64,000 bases of DNA from positions 8,246,001 through 8,310,000 of the forward strand of contig NC_043016.1 of the NCBI RefSeq assembly GCF_006345805.1, given 5' to 3'. Shown piece by piece: positions 38,685-50,610 of this stretch (position 1 is the stretch's first letter; every line of letters begins with the position of its first letter). The notes beneath the pieces were generated by a model, which worked only from the letters and a program-made list of their open reading frames with translations, was not told the origin of the DNA and did no database searches. The DNA comes from Octopus sinensis. Taxonomy: Eukaryota. Made by a program: the position numbers and the translations under genes.

Positions 38685-39112
38685 AGTACCCTTGATGCAT
38701 TGGGCGATATGATATGCTTGAGAAGACCTGTTGAGTCAAGTAAAACCAAAACCACAGCCACAGCCAGTGCCCACTGATTGGCTCCCATGGTGGCTGCTGG
38801 CAGGTAAAAATATACCATCCAAACGCGGTTGATGCCAGGTCCGTCTGACTGGCTCCAGTGCCAGTGGCACATAAAAAGCACTATCCGAACATGAACGATG
38901 CCAGGGACGCCTGACTGGCTCCTGTGCCGGCGGCATGTAAAAAGCACCCACTACACTCACAGAGTGGTTGGCATTAGGAAAAGCATCCAGTTGTAGAAAC
39001 TCTGCCAGATCAGATTGGAGCCTGGTGCTGCAGCTGCTGGCTTTCCGGACCTCAGTCAAACCATCCAACCCATGCCAGCATGGAAAACAGACATTAAACA
39101 ATGAGGATGATG
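38685..39112 (+). mobile_element. SINE-like family B
   Basis: Forward-orientation match ending in GATGATGAT. Confidence 0.85.
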
Positions 39113-39124
39113 ATATTCTTGTAT

Positions 39125-39411
39125 TCTTTTACTTGTTTCAGTCATTTGACTGTTGTCATGCTGGAGCACCACCTTTAGTCGAGCAAATCGGGCCCCGGGA
39201 CTTAGTCTTTGTGAGCCTAGTACTTATTCTATCGGTCTCTTTTGCTGAACCACTAAGTTACGGGGACGTAAATACACCAGCATCGGTTGTCAAGCAATGT
39301 TGGTGGGACAAACACAGACATACAAACATATACACACACATACATACATATATATGTATACATATATATACAACAGGCTTCTTTCAGTCTCCATCTACCA
39401 AATCCACTCAC
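39125..39411 (-). mobile_element. SINE family A, 5'-truncated
   Basis: Tail and body match. Confidence 0.85.
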
Positions 39412-39628
39412 ATTATATACGTATATATAAATTATATACGCTTTTATTATTTTTTTGCAATTTACTTAATCATTGACATTTTATTGTTATTTAATTGTTC
39501 ATTTTGAATTGATAAAAGGTGTTTTTTTCTAATTTTTTATATATATATTATATTGTGTGAAATTTGATTTAGTATTTCTAAATTGAATTTGTTTTCCTTG
39601 TAAGGTTGGATTTTATTCCCTCAAATAA

Positions 39629-39664
<36 letters not shown>

Positions 39665-39665
<1 letters not shown>

Positions 39666-39862
39666 TGTGCAGGTGGCACGTAAAAAGCACCCACTACACT
39701 CACGGAGTGGTTGGCGTTAGGAAGGGCATCCAGCTGTAGAAACATTGCCAGATTAGACTGGAGCCTGGTGCAGCCTTCTGGCTTCCCAGAACCCCGGTCG
39801 AACCGTCCAACCCATGCTAGCATGGAGAACAGACGTTAAACGACGATGATGATGATGATGAT
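39665..39862 (+). mobile_element. SINE-like family B, 3' part
   Basis: GGAAGGGCATCCAGCTGTAGAAAC...(GAT)n. Confidence 0.85.
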
Positions 39863-39867
39863 ATATA

Positions 39868-41141
39868 TTAGGCTGAGTAAAATGTAAGCAATGTTTTGAA
39901 ACATGATATATTCAACACAATATATTTTAACAATGCGGAAATTTTATTGATCAAAGTAAATACTATTAAAATCAAAACATTTTTGCCAACGAGTTACAAG
40001 TTTGTTTATTCCGGTAACATAAAAATCTGGAGTTCTGGAGCTGATAAACTTTTTGAATGCACTTTCAGCATTGGTTTGATTTTTGAACTCCATCTTCCGC
40101 AGGAAACCATCAAGGTGCTTGAAAAAGTGGTAGTCGGTAGGAGAAAGGTCTGGAGAAGAACATCGTAGCCAAGTTCCTTCAACTTGGAGTGTCGTTAGTG
40201 AAACGTGTGGTCGAGCACTGTCATGAAGAAGGATTGGATCTCTTCTATTGACCAATCTGGGACGGAGGAGTAGTAGTTTTTCATTCATTTGGGCAGTTTT
40301 ATGGCAATATGTTTCAGCAGTAATAATTTTTCCGGGTTTTAAGAAGTTGTAGTGGATGAGTCCAGCAGTACACCACTAAACAATCGCCATAACCTTCTTT
40401 TTGAAAAGCTTGGGTTTAGGGAAGGTTTTCAGTGCTTCATTTTGGTCCAAACACTGTGAAGAAGGTTTTTTTTATTATTGTACAGAATCCACTTTTCATT
40501 GCAAGTTACGATATGGTCAAGAAATGGATCAGTCTGGTTATGGAGAAGAAGCAACGAACAAATTTCATATCTGCACATTTTCTGATTTTTTTCAAATTGT
40601 GTGATACCGTTTTGTCACGCTTTTTTTGATTTTCCAATTGCAAACAAATGGTTGCAGGCAGTTTTCTGGCAAACTTGAAGTTCTTTTGCCAGTTCTCGAG
40701 TGTTTGTTATGTGGATCTTTCTCAATGACAGTCTTTAGTTGACAGTCATAAATGACAGATGGGCGTCCACTACACTCACGATCTTCAAAGCTCAGCTCTC
40801 CACTGCAAAATTGTTTAAACCCATTTCAAGCTGACCACTCACTGGTCGTTTCCTCATCAAATGGTTCACTGATATCACAAGTAGTTTCAGCTGCTTTACG
40901 TCCTTTTTTGAAGATGAATAGCAAAATTGCTCGAATATCATCACATTTTGTCAGTCCCATTTCAGATGATTGTAACAACAGTGAAAAAAATATCAATGTT
41001 AATTTTTGATGCATTTGGGCAAGTCTATGTCTGTATTATCAGACAACTGCAAAAAATGTTTATAAAAAATTCCTAACTCTGAAAAAATCCAGTACAAATT
41101 CTTCATGGTTCAAAACATTACTTACTTTTTACTCAACCTTA
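39868..41141 (-). mobile_element. Full-length mariner transposon (~1.27 kb), inactive
   Basis: 33-bp TIRs TTAGGCTGAGTAAAATGTAAGCAATGTTTTGAA / TTCAAAACATTACTTACTTTTTACTCAACCTTA, flanked by TA, with an internal transposase remnant. Confidence 0.95.
39944..40960 (-). pseudogene. Mariner transposase pseudogene
   Basis: N-terminus IRAILLFIFKKGRKAAET, SGRPS, IVTCNEKWILYNN, LLHDSARPHVS and SPDLSPTDYHFFKHLD, with stops and frameshifts. Confidence 0.95.
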
Positions 41142-41157
41142 TATATATATATATATA

Positions 41158-41470
41158 TCACCGTAATCACCGTGACCGACCAGGCTATTAGATGTTGCTA
41201 CACATCGCTGGTCACAATGCGCTTCGCATTGTTTTAGCCTTGATATGACGCCACCCCACATGCTAAGCAAGCAGGCCAACAGAAGAAAGAGTGAGAGAAA
41301 GTTTTGGCGAACGAGTACAGCAGGGATTGCCACCACCCCGTGCTGGAGCCTTATGGAGCTTTAGGTATTTTTGCTCAATAAACACTCACAATGCTCGGTC
41401 TGGGAATTGAAACCGCGATCCTACAACTGCGAGTCCGCTGCCCTAACCACTGGACCATTGTGCCTCCACA
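41158..41470 (-). mobile_element. SINE family D (OR1-like)
   Basis: Reverse complement of the tRNA-like head ends at ...ATTGTGCCTCCAC. Confidence 0.85.
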
Positions 41471-42307
41471 TATATATATTTATATCATTAAAAATATAAG
41501 TGCTATGCTTGCTGAAAGAGCTGTAAGAACATGTTATAAGTTATTCTTGATTATGTATACAAGCTATGTAGAGGTAATTAAGTAAAAAAAAAGCTTTTAT
41601 TACAATTAGCTGAAATAGTAGACTGCTTTATGTAGTAAACACCTGGTAGTATTTAGTTCTGTCCTTCGATGCTAGGCCCCAGCAAATATTGAGCTGCAAC
41701 CAACATGAGGCAGGGTGAGGGGGGAATAAGTTACATTCTCCGAGCTTGTAACTCCTAAAATGCTTTAAAATTCAATAGGCGCAGGTATGGCTGTGTGGTA
41801 AGAAGATTGCTTGCCAACCATGTGGTTTTGGGTTCAGTCCTACTGTGCAGCACCTTGAGCAAGTATCTTTTACTATAGCACCCAGGCCAACCAAAGCCTA
41901 GTGAGTGGATTTGATGTGTTTGAGAGGGAGAGAAAGAGAGAGAGCAAAAGATCAAATGAGAGGACAGAATTTGATAATTTTAGCATGAAATATTTGAGAA
42001 AATCATGATCCTTCACAACCCTGCTACAGCCATCTCCACCACCCCATTTGGTAAATTTGGAAATGGACTGGTGTTATTTATTGACATTAATGGTCTTGAA
42101 AACGGCATGCTTGCTATAAATTTCGAAATTCTCATCCCCTTTCCACTCCCACCTCACCATAAAAAGTCTGCAAGACTAATTAGTTAACCAGAACCAACAC
42201 CACTAATATCAGGGTATGTTTGTTTGTTCCTGGTTCTCTTGACCTAGTGGGTCTACCATGTTTTAGCTTTTGTAAGCCCATCTTATATTTATTCAAACAA
42301 TGTATAT

Positions 42308-42538
42308 CTATTTCTTTACTACCCACAAGGGGCTAAACACAGAGGGGACAAACAAGGACAGACAAACAGATTAAGTCGATTACATCGATCCCAGTGCGTA
42401 ACTGGTACTTAATTTATCGACCCCGAAAGGATGAAAGGCAAAGTCGACCTCGACGGAATTTGAACTCGGAACGTAATGGCAGATGAAATACTGCTAAGCA
42501 TTTCGCCCGGCGTTATAACGTTTTTGCCAGCTCACCGC
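42308..42538 (-). mobile_element. SINE family C, full length
   Basis: Consensus match. Confidence 0.9.
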
Positions 42539-42699
42539 AAGGAGTCCAGGGTCTTGTTAAAATTTCTTAGAACCACTTGAAATGTATCAAATTTTCACAG
42601 ATTATTTTCAAAAAAGGTGGTCTTTTGGATGAAAATCACATTGTTTCTTGTTTTTTTTTATTTTGTTTTCTGAAGAAATTAAAAATAGAGAGGTTACAT

Positions 42700-43074
42700 C
42701 TCTCTTTTACTTGTTTCAGTCATTTGCCTGTGGCCATGCTGGAGCACCGCCTTTAGTTGAACAAATCAACCCTAGGACTTATTCTTTGTAAGCCTACTAC
42801 TTATTCTATCGGTCTCTTTTGCCGAACCGCTATGTTACGGTGACATAAACACAAGCGATGTTGGGAGGACAAACACAGACACACAAACACATATATACAT
42901 ATACATATATACGACGGGCTCCTTTCAGTTTCCGTCTACCAAATCCACTCACAAGGCTTTGGTCGGCCCGAGGCTATAGCAGAAGACACTTGCCCAAGGT
43001 GCCAGGCAGTGGGACTGTACTCAGAACTGTGTGGTTGGTAAGCAAGCTACTTACCACACAGCCACTCCTGTGCC
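42700..43074 (-). mobile_element. SINE family A
   Basis: Consensus match. Confidence 0.9.
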
Positions 43075-43789
43075 TATTGTACATCATTGTAGGAAATTTA
43101 ACAAGATCTTGACGCCATTATCCAATGTACCTTTCAGTACTTATGGCCTTTGTTCAAGCAGACCTATGATTAAAAGGCCAGCCTAACAATGATAAGCCAA
43201 TCTTTTCAGGTACAGGCTATCTATAAAGGACAACTAAAATAAGGTATCTATCAATCCATATATATATATTTTTAAATAGACGGTAGGATGTAACTTAGAG
43301 GGGATTTGGTTGCTATTTCTAGCCAGCCATATGACTGCATCAAATGTCCCTATTAGGTTGAATAGGTGCTGGGTTAATGGTTGAAGAGGAAGTGAAAGTA
43401 GTGGTGATGGGGAAGTAGTAGAGACTGGGAGTAGCTGTAGTAGTAGTAGTAGTGGTTGGTTGGTTGTGATAGTAGTTGTGATAGTGGATGGTGGCGATGG
43501 GGGTGGGGGGCCAAAAGATGCAGAAATGGTAAAGAAGGGAGTGGCAATAGTGGTGTTTCAAAATTTAAGCAGCACTAGTAGACCCACAATCAACAAAGTG
43601 ATTCACTCTAATTTATTCAGATATAATTAACTTGGAACTCACACATTAACGAAGTACATTGTACATTTCTTTCCTTTAGAACCCAAGGTGTTGCCTTGAG
43701 GGAGATTTGACTGCTACTTCTAGCAGGATAAGTGACCACATAAAGGCCATCTCATTTGTTGGCATTAACAACATACATTGTTGCTTGTG

Positions 43790-44164
43790 GCTGTTGCTGT
43801 TGAGCGTAGCGGTCTTTGTCCCAGAGCAGTGGGAGAAGTCCGAAACCTGGTCCTTTGCTATTCGTAAGACCCGCAGAAGAGAAAGCAGGTCAACCCCCAA
43901 CACCGAGAGCATCGATGGATGGATGAATGTGCATCCAGGCTCAGCGGTTGTGTAGGAAGTCGGGGACAAGAAACAGGAAGAAAGAGTGAGAGAAAGTTGG
44001 AGCGAAAGAGTACAGCAGGGGTCGCCAGCACCCCCTGCTGGAGTCTCGTGGAGCTTTAGGTGTTTTTGCTCAATAAACACACACAATGCCCGGTCTGGGA
44101 ATTGAAACTGTGATCCTCTGACAGCGAGTCCACTGCCCTAACCATTGGGCCATTGTGCCTCCAC
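43790..44164 (-). mobile_element. SINE family D head with a different 3' body
   Basis: Head matches the copy at 863, while the downstream part differs from the 863 and 41158 copies. Confidence 0.75.
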
Positions 44165-44455
44165 TGCTTGTTGCTGTTTAACCCCAACCCAGCAATGACA
44201 GTGCAGTCCTACAATCAAATGGGTTCAACCAGTGACTTACTTTTGTGTATGTGTGCATGCGCGCACGTGTGTGTATGTGTGTGCATGCATGAGTGCGTTT
44301 AAGGAATCCATGAGATTGGGGGTAGTGGTGATTTGAGGGAGATTTGACTGCTATTTCAGTTGCAATGACCATGTAGAGATCAGGGCCATCTTAAGCCATA
44401 GGCACACTGGGTAGTTTCCCAGGGGCATCACAGGTCTAGCAGCCCCAGTTCTGAT

Positions 44456-44799
44456 TTGAGTTCAAATTCTGCCGAGGTCAACTTTGCCTTTCATCCTTTC
44501 GGGGTCGATTAAATAAGTACCAGTTATGCACTGGGGTCGATGTAATCGACTTAATCCGTTTGTCTGTCCTTGTTTGTCCTCTCTGTGTTTAGCCCCTTGT
44601 GGGTAGTAAAGAAATAGGTATTTCGTCTGCCGTTATGTTCTGAGTTCAAATTCTGCCGAGGTCGACTTTGCTTTTCATCCTTTCGGGGTCGATAAATTAA
44701 GTACCAGTTATACACTGGGTCGATATAATTGACTTAATCCGTTTGTCTGTCCTTGTTTGTCCCCTCTGTGTTTAGTCCCTTGTGGGTAGTAAAGAAATA
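44456..44799 (+). mobile_element. Tandem dimer of the SINE family C body
   Basis: Two ~180-bp units joined at AAAGAAATA|GGTATTTCGTCTG (44617). Confidence 0.9.
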
Positions 44800-45083
44800 G
44801 TATATACTGTGGCTTGTTGTCAACAAACAAATACAACATGGCCAAGTGCACTGATTTGTTTGGGAGTCCTCATAAGGAAGCTATGACAACTATGAATTAG
44901 TGCTTCCCTAATTAGCTCGCGGAAATAAGCACTGTAACAAATTTATGCATTTTCATAGAAGCTGCATTTGTTATGTTAAATACACCCTCTTATTACACTT
45001 GATTTTGAAAAATATGAAGAATCCAGGAAAATAAGCTGGTATTTTGGAACATAAATTAACATGAAATTTTAACTTAGATCACT

Positions 45084-45533
45084 TTAACCCTTTCATTACC
45101 GTATTTATTTTGAGATGCTCTGTGTTTCTTTCAATTAATTTTAAATATAACAAAGAATTTAGTAAAATAACATAGTTATCATTCAGCTAGTGTTAGGAAC
45201 ATAAATTGTGACTAAGGTTTGGTGGAAGATTTTTATTCAAACCTTATGAAAACAAGACATTTACAGAGTCAGAGGCGGTTTCAGCCGGGTTGGTAACGAA
45301 AGGGTCAACCCTCTAGTATTCAGATTATTTCATCAAATTTAATGATTATTTAATCACATTGATTTTAATCAATCACATATTATCTCATAGCTTCAAGATA
45401 TCAATGACGCGATCACTTATTTTTAAAATGACATTGTAGGGTAAGTATGAGAAGCTGGATCTGGCCTGTTAGTACGTAAAACAGGTAGAATATCTGGCTT
45501 GGATATGGCCGGTTTAAATGAGTGAAGGGTTAA
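45084..45533. mobile_element. Two adjacent piggyBac-type MITEs (P2 45084-45308, P1 45305-45533)
   Basis: TTAA-CCCTTTCATTACC...GGTAACGAAAGGG-TCAA-CCCT...AGGG-TTAA, with a shared central target site. Confidence 0.85.
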
Positions 45534-45559
45534 AAATAGGAAGTACGTGTCCCATAGAC

Positions 45560-45695
45560 AGTGGCTGTGTGGTTCTGAGTTCAGTCCCACTGCGTGGTAC
45601 CTTGAGCAAGTGTCTTCTACTATAGCCTCGGGCCGACCAAAGCCTTGTGAGTGGATTTGGTAGACGGAAACTGAAAGAAGCCTGTCGTTTATATG

Positions 45696-45745
<50 letters not shown>

Positions 45746-45943
45746 TGTGTGTGCGTTTGTCCTCCCACCATTGCTTGACAACCGATGTTGGTGTGTTTAC
45801 GTCCCCGTAACTTAGCGGTTCGGCAAAAGGGTCCGATAGAATAAGTACTAGGCTTACAAAGAATAAGTCCCGGGGTCGAGTTGCTCGACTAAAGGCGGTG
45901 CTCCAGCATTGCCACAGTCAAATGAGTGAAACAAGTGAAAGAG
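45560..45943 (+). mobile_element. SINE family A
   Basis: Consensus match. Confidence 0.9.
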
Positions 45944-46537
45944 TATAAGTAGGGGTGGTCTTGGGTGGGCCGCTATCAAAAGCGTAAAAACTGTAAGCTA
46001 AGTAAAAATGGTAAAAGAAACCAAACCTCCTTGTTCAACTATTTCCAGTTAGATAACCTTGAAACAGACAGAGTTATGGGCCTTGTCCAAGAAGGGTTAG
46101 TGGTATTACAAAGTAAAAACAAAAAAAAAACACAAAACAAAACAAAAAAAATATTTAATGTTCTTTTTCATGCTCATGACTAAATGTGGTCTACAGAGAA
46201 ACCTCTGACCAACTGACAGATATTCATGCACACATGACTAGACTTGATGACTGACTTGGCTTCATACATCTGTTTAGGAAATGTCACTATTTCTAGCACA
46301 CAGTTCCATCCTCTTCTATGATTAACACCACCACACACACACACACACCCTGAACACACCCATATCACTCCTTATGTGTGTGTGTGTGTCTATATCTATT
46401 TTCCTTGTTATTATCCTTGCTCTGACTCACTTCCTTATATACCCTGGGTACTAAACGCTGTGGGTGGTGGTGGAGCAGTGGGATGGAGAGGCACAATTAC
46501 TTCCTCCACCACCAAACCAAACATTTAAATTAAGCAC

Positions 46538-46568
<31 letters not shown>

Positions 46569-46949
46569 CTCACGACCCCTCTGTTCACCCACCCGCCCGC
46601 ACACCGAGTGAGCAGGAAGTCCCCCAAAAAAGCATGTGATGTGCTCTGTCTCATCAAACTCTTACATTGTGTGTGTGTGTGCATATGTACTCGCAAGAGT
46701 GTGTATGTATCCATGTGTGTGTGTGTGCTTTTTTTTTTCCGTGTGTGTGAATGCCCTGTGGGTGTGTGTATGTATGTTTGTGTAAGCATATGATGCTTCT
46801 GGTGTGTGTATGCTTCTGTGTGTGAGTTGCCATGATTCATCTGTGTGTGTGTGTGTGTGTGTGTGTGAGTCACCACAATTATGAGTATGTGAGCTGTATG
46901 TGTATATTGCCTTGATTATATATATGATATATATTATATATATAATATA

Positions 46950-47026
<77 letters not shown>

Positions 47027-47098
47027 ATTATATATTATATATTATATATATATATATTATATTATATATATATAATATATAATATATATATTATATAA

Positions 47099-47176
<78 letters not shown>

Positions 47177-47904
47177 GGGTCACCATGATTGTGTGCTCAT
47201 ATCACTGTGATTGTGTGTGTGGCAGGTTATTGTGACTATATGCATATGGGTTGCTGTGATTATATGTGTGTGGGGTGTGTGTGTTTTAAGTTTGTTGTGA
47301 TTGTATGTTTGGATCACTGTGATTACGAGAGTGTGTATGACTGCCTGTGGTTCTTAGGGTATGTGTGGGTCACCGTGACTGTATACGTTGTGGGTGGATG
47401 TGATTGTACATGTGTGGGCTGTACATGTGATTATGTGTATGAATGTGTGTGTGTGTGTGTGTACGTGTCTGTGTTTAAGATTGTTACGATTGCACGCGTG
47501 TGGATTGCAACGACGTATCTATGCGTATGGCTGTGGCTGTTTGCATACGTGTGGGTTGTTGCGACGACACGAGTGAATGTTGTGCGAGTGTGTTTAGGTT
47601 GCTGTGATTGCACATGTGAGGATTATTATTAATGTGACGTGTCTACGTGTATTGTTATGGTCGTTTGAATATGTATGTGGGTCGCTGCGACAGTGTGTGT
47701 GTGTGTGTGTGTGTGTAATCCAGATCAACTCTGATGCAGCAAATCCCTGACATGACCACCTGCTCTTTTACAATTAATTCAGGCACTGCATAAACTGCAG
47801 CGACTGCCTAACGTAGGCCCAAAATCATAAATTTTGTAGGTAACTATGTCTGACTGATAACTTTTATTTTATTGAGCTCTGCAAATGGAACACCTTCGTG
47901 GCAT

Positions 47905-48593
47905 CTTTTTTACTATATGGCTCAGAAACCTGGATGTTATCAAAGAAGCTTGAGAGGCGGTTGGATGGAACTTACACTCGCCTCCTTATGAGAGCTCAAA
48001 ATATCTCGTGGAAGTGTCATCCAACCAAAGTACAAATATATGGGAAACTACGACCTGTGTCATCTCTTGTGAAGGGTAGAAGAGTCCAGTTTGCTGGACA
48101 TTGTTGTAGAGCTGAAAACGAGGTAATTCCTGGGGAAGAGGTACCCAGGTGTAGCTCTCCTTATGAGAGCTCAGAATCTCTCATGGAAGTGTCATCCAAC
48201 CAAAGTACAAATATATGGGAAACTACCACCCGTGTCATCTCTTGTGAAAGGTAGAAGAGTCCAGTTTGATGGACATTGTTGTAGAGCTGAAAACGAGGTA
48301 ATTCCTGGGGAAGAGGAACCCTGGTGTAGCTCTCCTTATGAGAGCTCAGAATCTCTCGTGGAAGCGTCATCCAACCAAAGTACAAATATATGGGGAAAAC
48401 GAGACAATTTCTACTCTTCTCCTCTGGAAGCCATCTGCTCGCGATACCAGAGGGCACACACTCTCCTACCCTGATGTAATCTCCAGGGATACAGGCATCA
48501 AGCAACAGGACCTCTGTAATGCTGTGATAGACCGCGAAGTCTGGTGTAACATAGTAAATTCCATTGTCTCGACCACGGTCGAACAATGATGAT
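47905..48593 (+). mobile_element. RTE LINE 3' fragment with an internal 175-bp tandem triplication
   Basis: LLYGSETWMLSKKLERRLDGTYTRLLMRAQ...FAGHCCR...DREVW. Units start at 47982, 48157 and 48332, and the tail is TGATGAT. Confidence 0.9.
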
Positions 48594-49179
48594 TATGGGC
48601 ACCTTGGCAGGATTAGGACTCAGAACAGAGAAGATAGTAAACAAGGTATTCTGTCTAATCGTAATCATGGCTGTTGCCAGTGTCATGTAAATGGTACATG
48701 TGAAATTGTAGTCAACTGGTAATCAACTGGTACCATGTTCTATCAACCCAGAAAGAAAAGCAAAAATGGCTTCTGTAGGACTTCAAATCAGAAAGTAAAG
48801 AGCTGAAAATGTTGTAATAATTTTTCTGATTCTTCACTCTTCCAGTCTAATGATCCCGTCATAATTAATGAAAAATAATAATTTCTGGCGTCATGTAAAA
48901 AAAAAGCACCTGATACACTCTGTAAAGTTGTCGATGTTAGGAAGGGCATCAAATTGTAGAAACTAAGCCAAAAACAGACAATGGAACCTGGTGTGACTCC
49001 TGGCCTTACCAGCTCCTGTTGAACCATCCAACCCATATCAGCATGGAAAACGGATGTTAAATGATGACGAACATAAGCACAAGTCCATAAATTTGAAGGA
49101 ACGGTGATAGTTAATTTAATCAACCCACCAGGTTCATTGACATGAAAGAATGACAAAACAAATTGACTTCAAATGTATA

Positions 49180-49181
49180 AC

Positions 49182-49228
<47 letters not shown>

Positions 49229-49795
49229 TGATATAATAATAATGAATAATAAAATAATGATAATATAATAATAATGAATAATATAATGATAATAAAAATA
49301 ATAATAATAATAATAATAATATAATAATAATAATCTATTTTGGCATAGGTTTGAAATTAGGAGGAGGGGGCTATTTGCTTACGTCAACCCAGTACCCAAT
49401 TGGTACCTATTTTATGGACCCCTGAACGGATGCAAGACAAAGCTGACCTCAGCAGAATTTGAACTCAGAATTGTAAAGACAGATGAAATGCAACTAAGCA
49501 TTCTGCTTGGCGTGCTAAAAATTCTGCCAACTTGCTGCCTTAAAATGATAATAATAATAATAATAATAATTATTATTATTATTAATATTTCTACTATAGG
49601 TACAAGGCCTGAAGTTTGAGGGTAAGGGTCTAGTCGATTAAGGGGTCTAGTACTCAACTGGTACTTATTTTACTGATCCGAAAGGGATGAAAGGCAAAGT
49701 CGACCTTGACGGAATTTGAACTCAGAATGTAATGGCAAACGAAATACCCCTGAGCATTTTGTCCAACATGCTAACAATTCTGCCAGCTCGCTGCC

Positions 49796-49841
<46 letters not shown>

Positions 49842-49960
49842 TAATAATAATAATAATCCTTTCTACTATAGGAAATTTGAGGGGAGGGGGACCAATCAAT
49901 TAGATCAAGCCCAGTATGCAACTGGTACTTATTTTATCAACCCCCAAAAGGATGAAAGGT
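49180..49960 (-). mobile_element. (AAT)n arrays interleaved with three family C SINE copies
   Basis: Copies at ~49335-49542, 49590-49797 and 49858-49960, each flanked by (AAT)n. Confidence 0.75.
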
Positions 49961-50066
49961 TACTAGTACTCAAATGCATGGTTGCAGTCTAATGACTGAA
50001 AGAAGCAAAAGATGGAATTTATGCAAGATCGATGGTGTCATATTGATACGTTTCACCAACGGAGAC

Positions 50067-50465
50067 AGGCGCAGGAGTGGCTGTGTGGTAAGTAGCTTGC
50101 TAACCAACCACATGGTTCCGGGTTCAGTCCCACTGCGTGGCATCTTGGGCAAGTGTCTTCTGCTGCAGCCCCGGGCCGACCAATGCCTTGTGAGTGGATT
50201 TGGTAGACGGAAACTGAAAGAAGCCTGTCGTATATATATGTATATATATATATATTGTGTGTGTGTGTGTGTTGTGTGTTTATCCCCCTAGCATTGCTTG
50301 ACAAACGATGCTGGTGGGTTTACGTCCCGTCACTTAGCGGTTCGGCAAAAGAGACCGATAGGAATAAGTACTAGGCTTAAAAGAATAAGTCCCGGGGTCG
50401 ATTTGCTTGACTAAGGCGGTGCTCAGCATGGCCGCAGTCAAATGACTGAAACAAGTAAAAAAAGA
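50067..50465 (+). mobile_element. SINE family A, full-length young copy
   Basis: GGCGCAGGAGTGGCTGTGTGGTAAGTAGCTTGCTAACCAACCACATGGTTCCGGGTTCAGTCCC head and complete tail. Confidence 0.9.
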
Positions 50466-50610
50466 GGAAAAAGAGAGACAATTCTTCATCGGCCATTTGA
50501 GTTTCATTAGTTTCAGCTGGGTCTCAGGATTCACCTTGTTAGGTGTCACGAGGAGGCCAGTCCAGTGACAGGAGGTGATAAAGTCTTAACTGTGACAAGA
50601 GGTAATAAAA

